In this document: piece by piece, positions 63,345 to 64,000 of the stretch
How the letters are laid out: each line of letters starts with the position of its first letter
Position numbering within the stretch: position 1 is the first letter of the stretch
IMG/VR virus record: IMGVR_UViG_3300026097_000805
Span: 32,001 to 96,000 of that record
From: a virus
DNA length: 64,000 nucleotides
Reading direction: 5' to 3' (one strand)
The notes under the pieces: generated by a model
Database searches by the model: none
Told to the model about the DNA's origin: nothing
The model's input: only the letters and a program-made list of their open reading frames with translations
Position numbers and translations under genes: made by a program

Positions 63345-64000
63345 TTAGATTGTTGGATTTGTAAATGTACCGTAGTCTGATGCAAGACCTGCAGGTGCAG
63401 AAAATGTACCGTAGTCTACTGATGCTGTTGCTATAACTAAATCTATACCACTTGTAGCTTCGTTTATAAATCCGCCATAATCTACTCCGAACAGTGTTCT
63501 ACCTAATGCTGCTTCATAGAATCTTAAATCAATATCATGTACATTACCTACATAATTTGGGGCTGTTATTTCTGTGTTTGCTGTAATAGTATTTACAGTT
63601 AGTATATTGACATTATTAATATCGTTCGCAGCGGCGTTCAATACACCACTAAGAACTGGACTAGGGTCTTGCGATACTAGATCTGTACCATTAATAGCTA
63701 TAGTTAACGTGTTTCCAGAAAATGTTGTATCAATATTTTGTCCACCTAGCAGATTAATTGCATCACTTCCTGTGAAGGCTAGGTTTCCTGTGTCAGCATT
63801 AAACTGAATATTTCTTAGGCTATCCGGCACACTTACGGTAATATCATTTGCTGTTGAAGTTAATGTAACGTTGTCTCCTGCAACAAGACTTTTAAATTCT
63901 AAAGTATTACCGTCTTTTACATAAAAAACGCCTTCCCCAGATCCTAAATTCTCTGCATCAGTGGCTACTGTGACTCTGCTATCAATGTCTGTAAAATTAC
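63345..64000 (-). CDS. Tail/fibre-like structural protein (5' end outside window)
   Basis: The frame of ORF 63345..63830 stays open to the window end (NFTDIDSRV...NLGSGEG...LEFKSLVAG). Confidence 0.75.
   Translation of the reverse strand, partial: NFTDIDSRVTVATDAENLGSGEGVFYVKDGNTLEFKSLVAGDNVTLTSTANDITVSVPDSLRNIQFNADTGNLAFTGSDAINLLGGQNIDTTFSGNTLTIAINGTDLVSQDPSPVLSGVLNAAANDINNVNILTVNTITANTEITAPNYVGNVHDIDLRFYEAALGRTLFGVDYGGFINEATSGIDLVIATASVDYGTFSAPAGLASDYGTFTNPTI

Noticed and set aside
677-63807. Dozens of 60-270 aa ORF-track entries antisense to or nested in long genes (e.g. 13676..14488+, 14283..14657+, 33221..33553+, 39018..39329+, 45868..46245+)
   Set aside because: They are shadows of well-supported opposite-strand genes: Ser/Leu/Phe-rich antisense composition, with no SD or motif.
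1-64000. Alternative genetic code (stop-codon recoding), as in some jumbo phages
   Set aside because: Polymerase, ClpA, ThyA and others are full length in code 11, and TAA, TAG and TGA all terminate genes at coupled junctions.
1-64000. tRNA genes, CRISPR array, integrase or transposase
   Set aside because: Intergenic gaps are nearly all under 100 nt. I saw no cloverleaf/TTCGA-CCA pattern, no spaced direct repeats and no recombinase motifs. A tRNAscan-SE run would confirm.
1-64000. Cellular (bacterial) origin suggested by clpA, def, thyA, folA, sodC and fpr
   Set aside because: The B-family polymerase with gp44/gp45-like loader and clamp, endolysin-spanin cassette, tail genes, TAAATA late promoters and density of unknown ORFs indicate a phage.

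Overview
The whole window is part of a large, AT-rich, T4-superfamily-like lytic dsDNA phage genome, probably a jumbo myovirus. The host is likely Gram-negative, given a two-component spanin and proteobacterial-type FdxA/Fpr. Genes are densely packed, mostly on the minus strand, in the standard genetic code; I saw no tRNA, CRISPR array, integrase or intein. Modules in order: (1) 1-10.7 kb, a tailoring-enzyme operon with 7 radical SAM genes (one B12-binding), 3 2OG-Fe(II) oxygenases, a kinase-like protein, a PLP enzyme and a GNAT; (2) a tail-fibre-like gene, MoxR/vWA pair and RNase H; (3) 19-31 kb, a 7-deazaguanine DNA-modification cluster (QueE, FolE, QueD-like, TGT/DpdA-like, no QueC in the window) interleaved with a glycosyltransferase, PRTase, MBD4-like glycosylase and sugar-nucleotide genes; (4) sliding clamp, CDGSH-like/FNR fusion and family B DNA polymerase; (5) 36.8-44.6 kb, 11 genes whose products begin with a T4 capsid-targeting-like (I/L/V)-x-E peptide, including a Cu/Zn SOD, a HAD nucleotidase and a HIGH nucleotidyltransferase; (6) ClpA, PDF, DnaJ and a lysis cassette with an EF-hand membrane protein; (7) PhoH, ThyA, DHFR, ferredoxin, clamp loader, exonuclease, GroES, a stand-alone DnaE fragment and baseplate/tail genes. 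Reading the intergenic DNA gave 10 near-consensus sigma70 promoters with exact 17-bp spacers, TAAATA late-type promoters, several apparently leaderless genes and two RBS-occluding hairpins. All protein assignments come from motif recognition by eye, not database searches.
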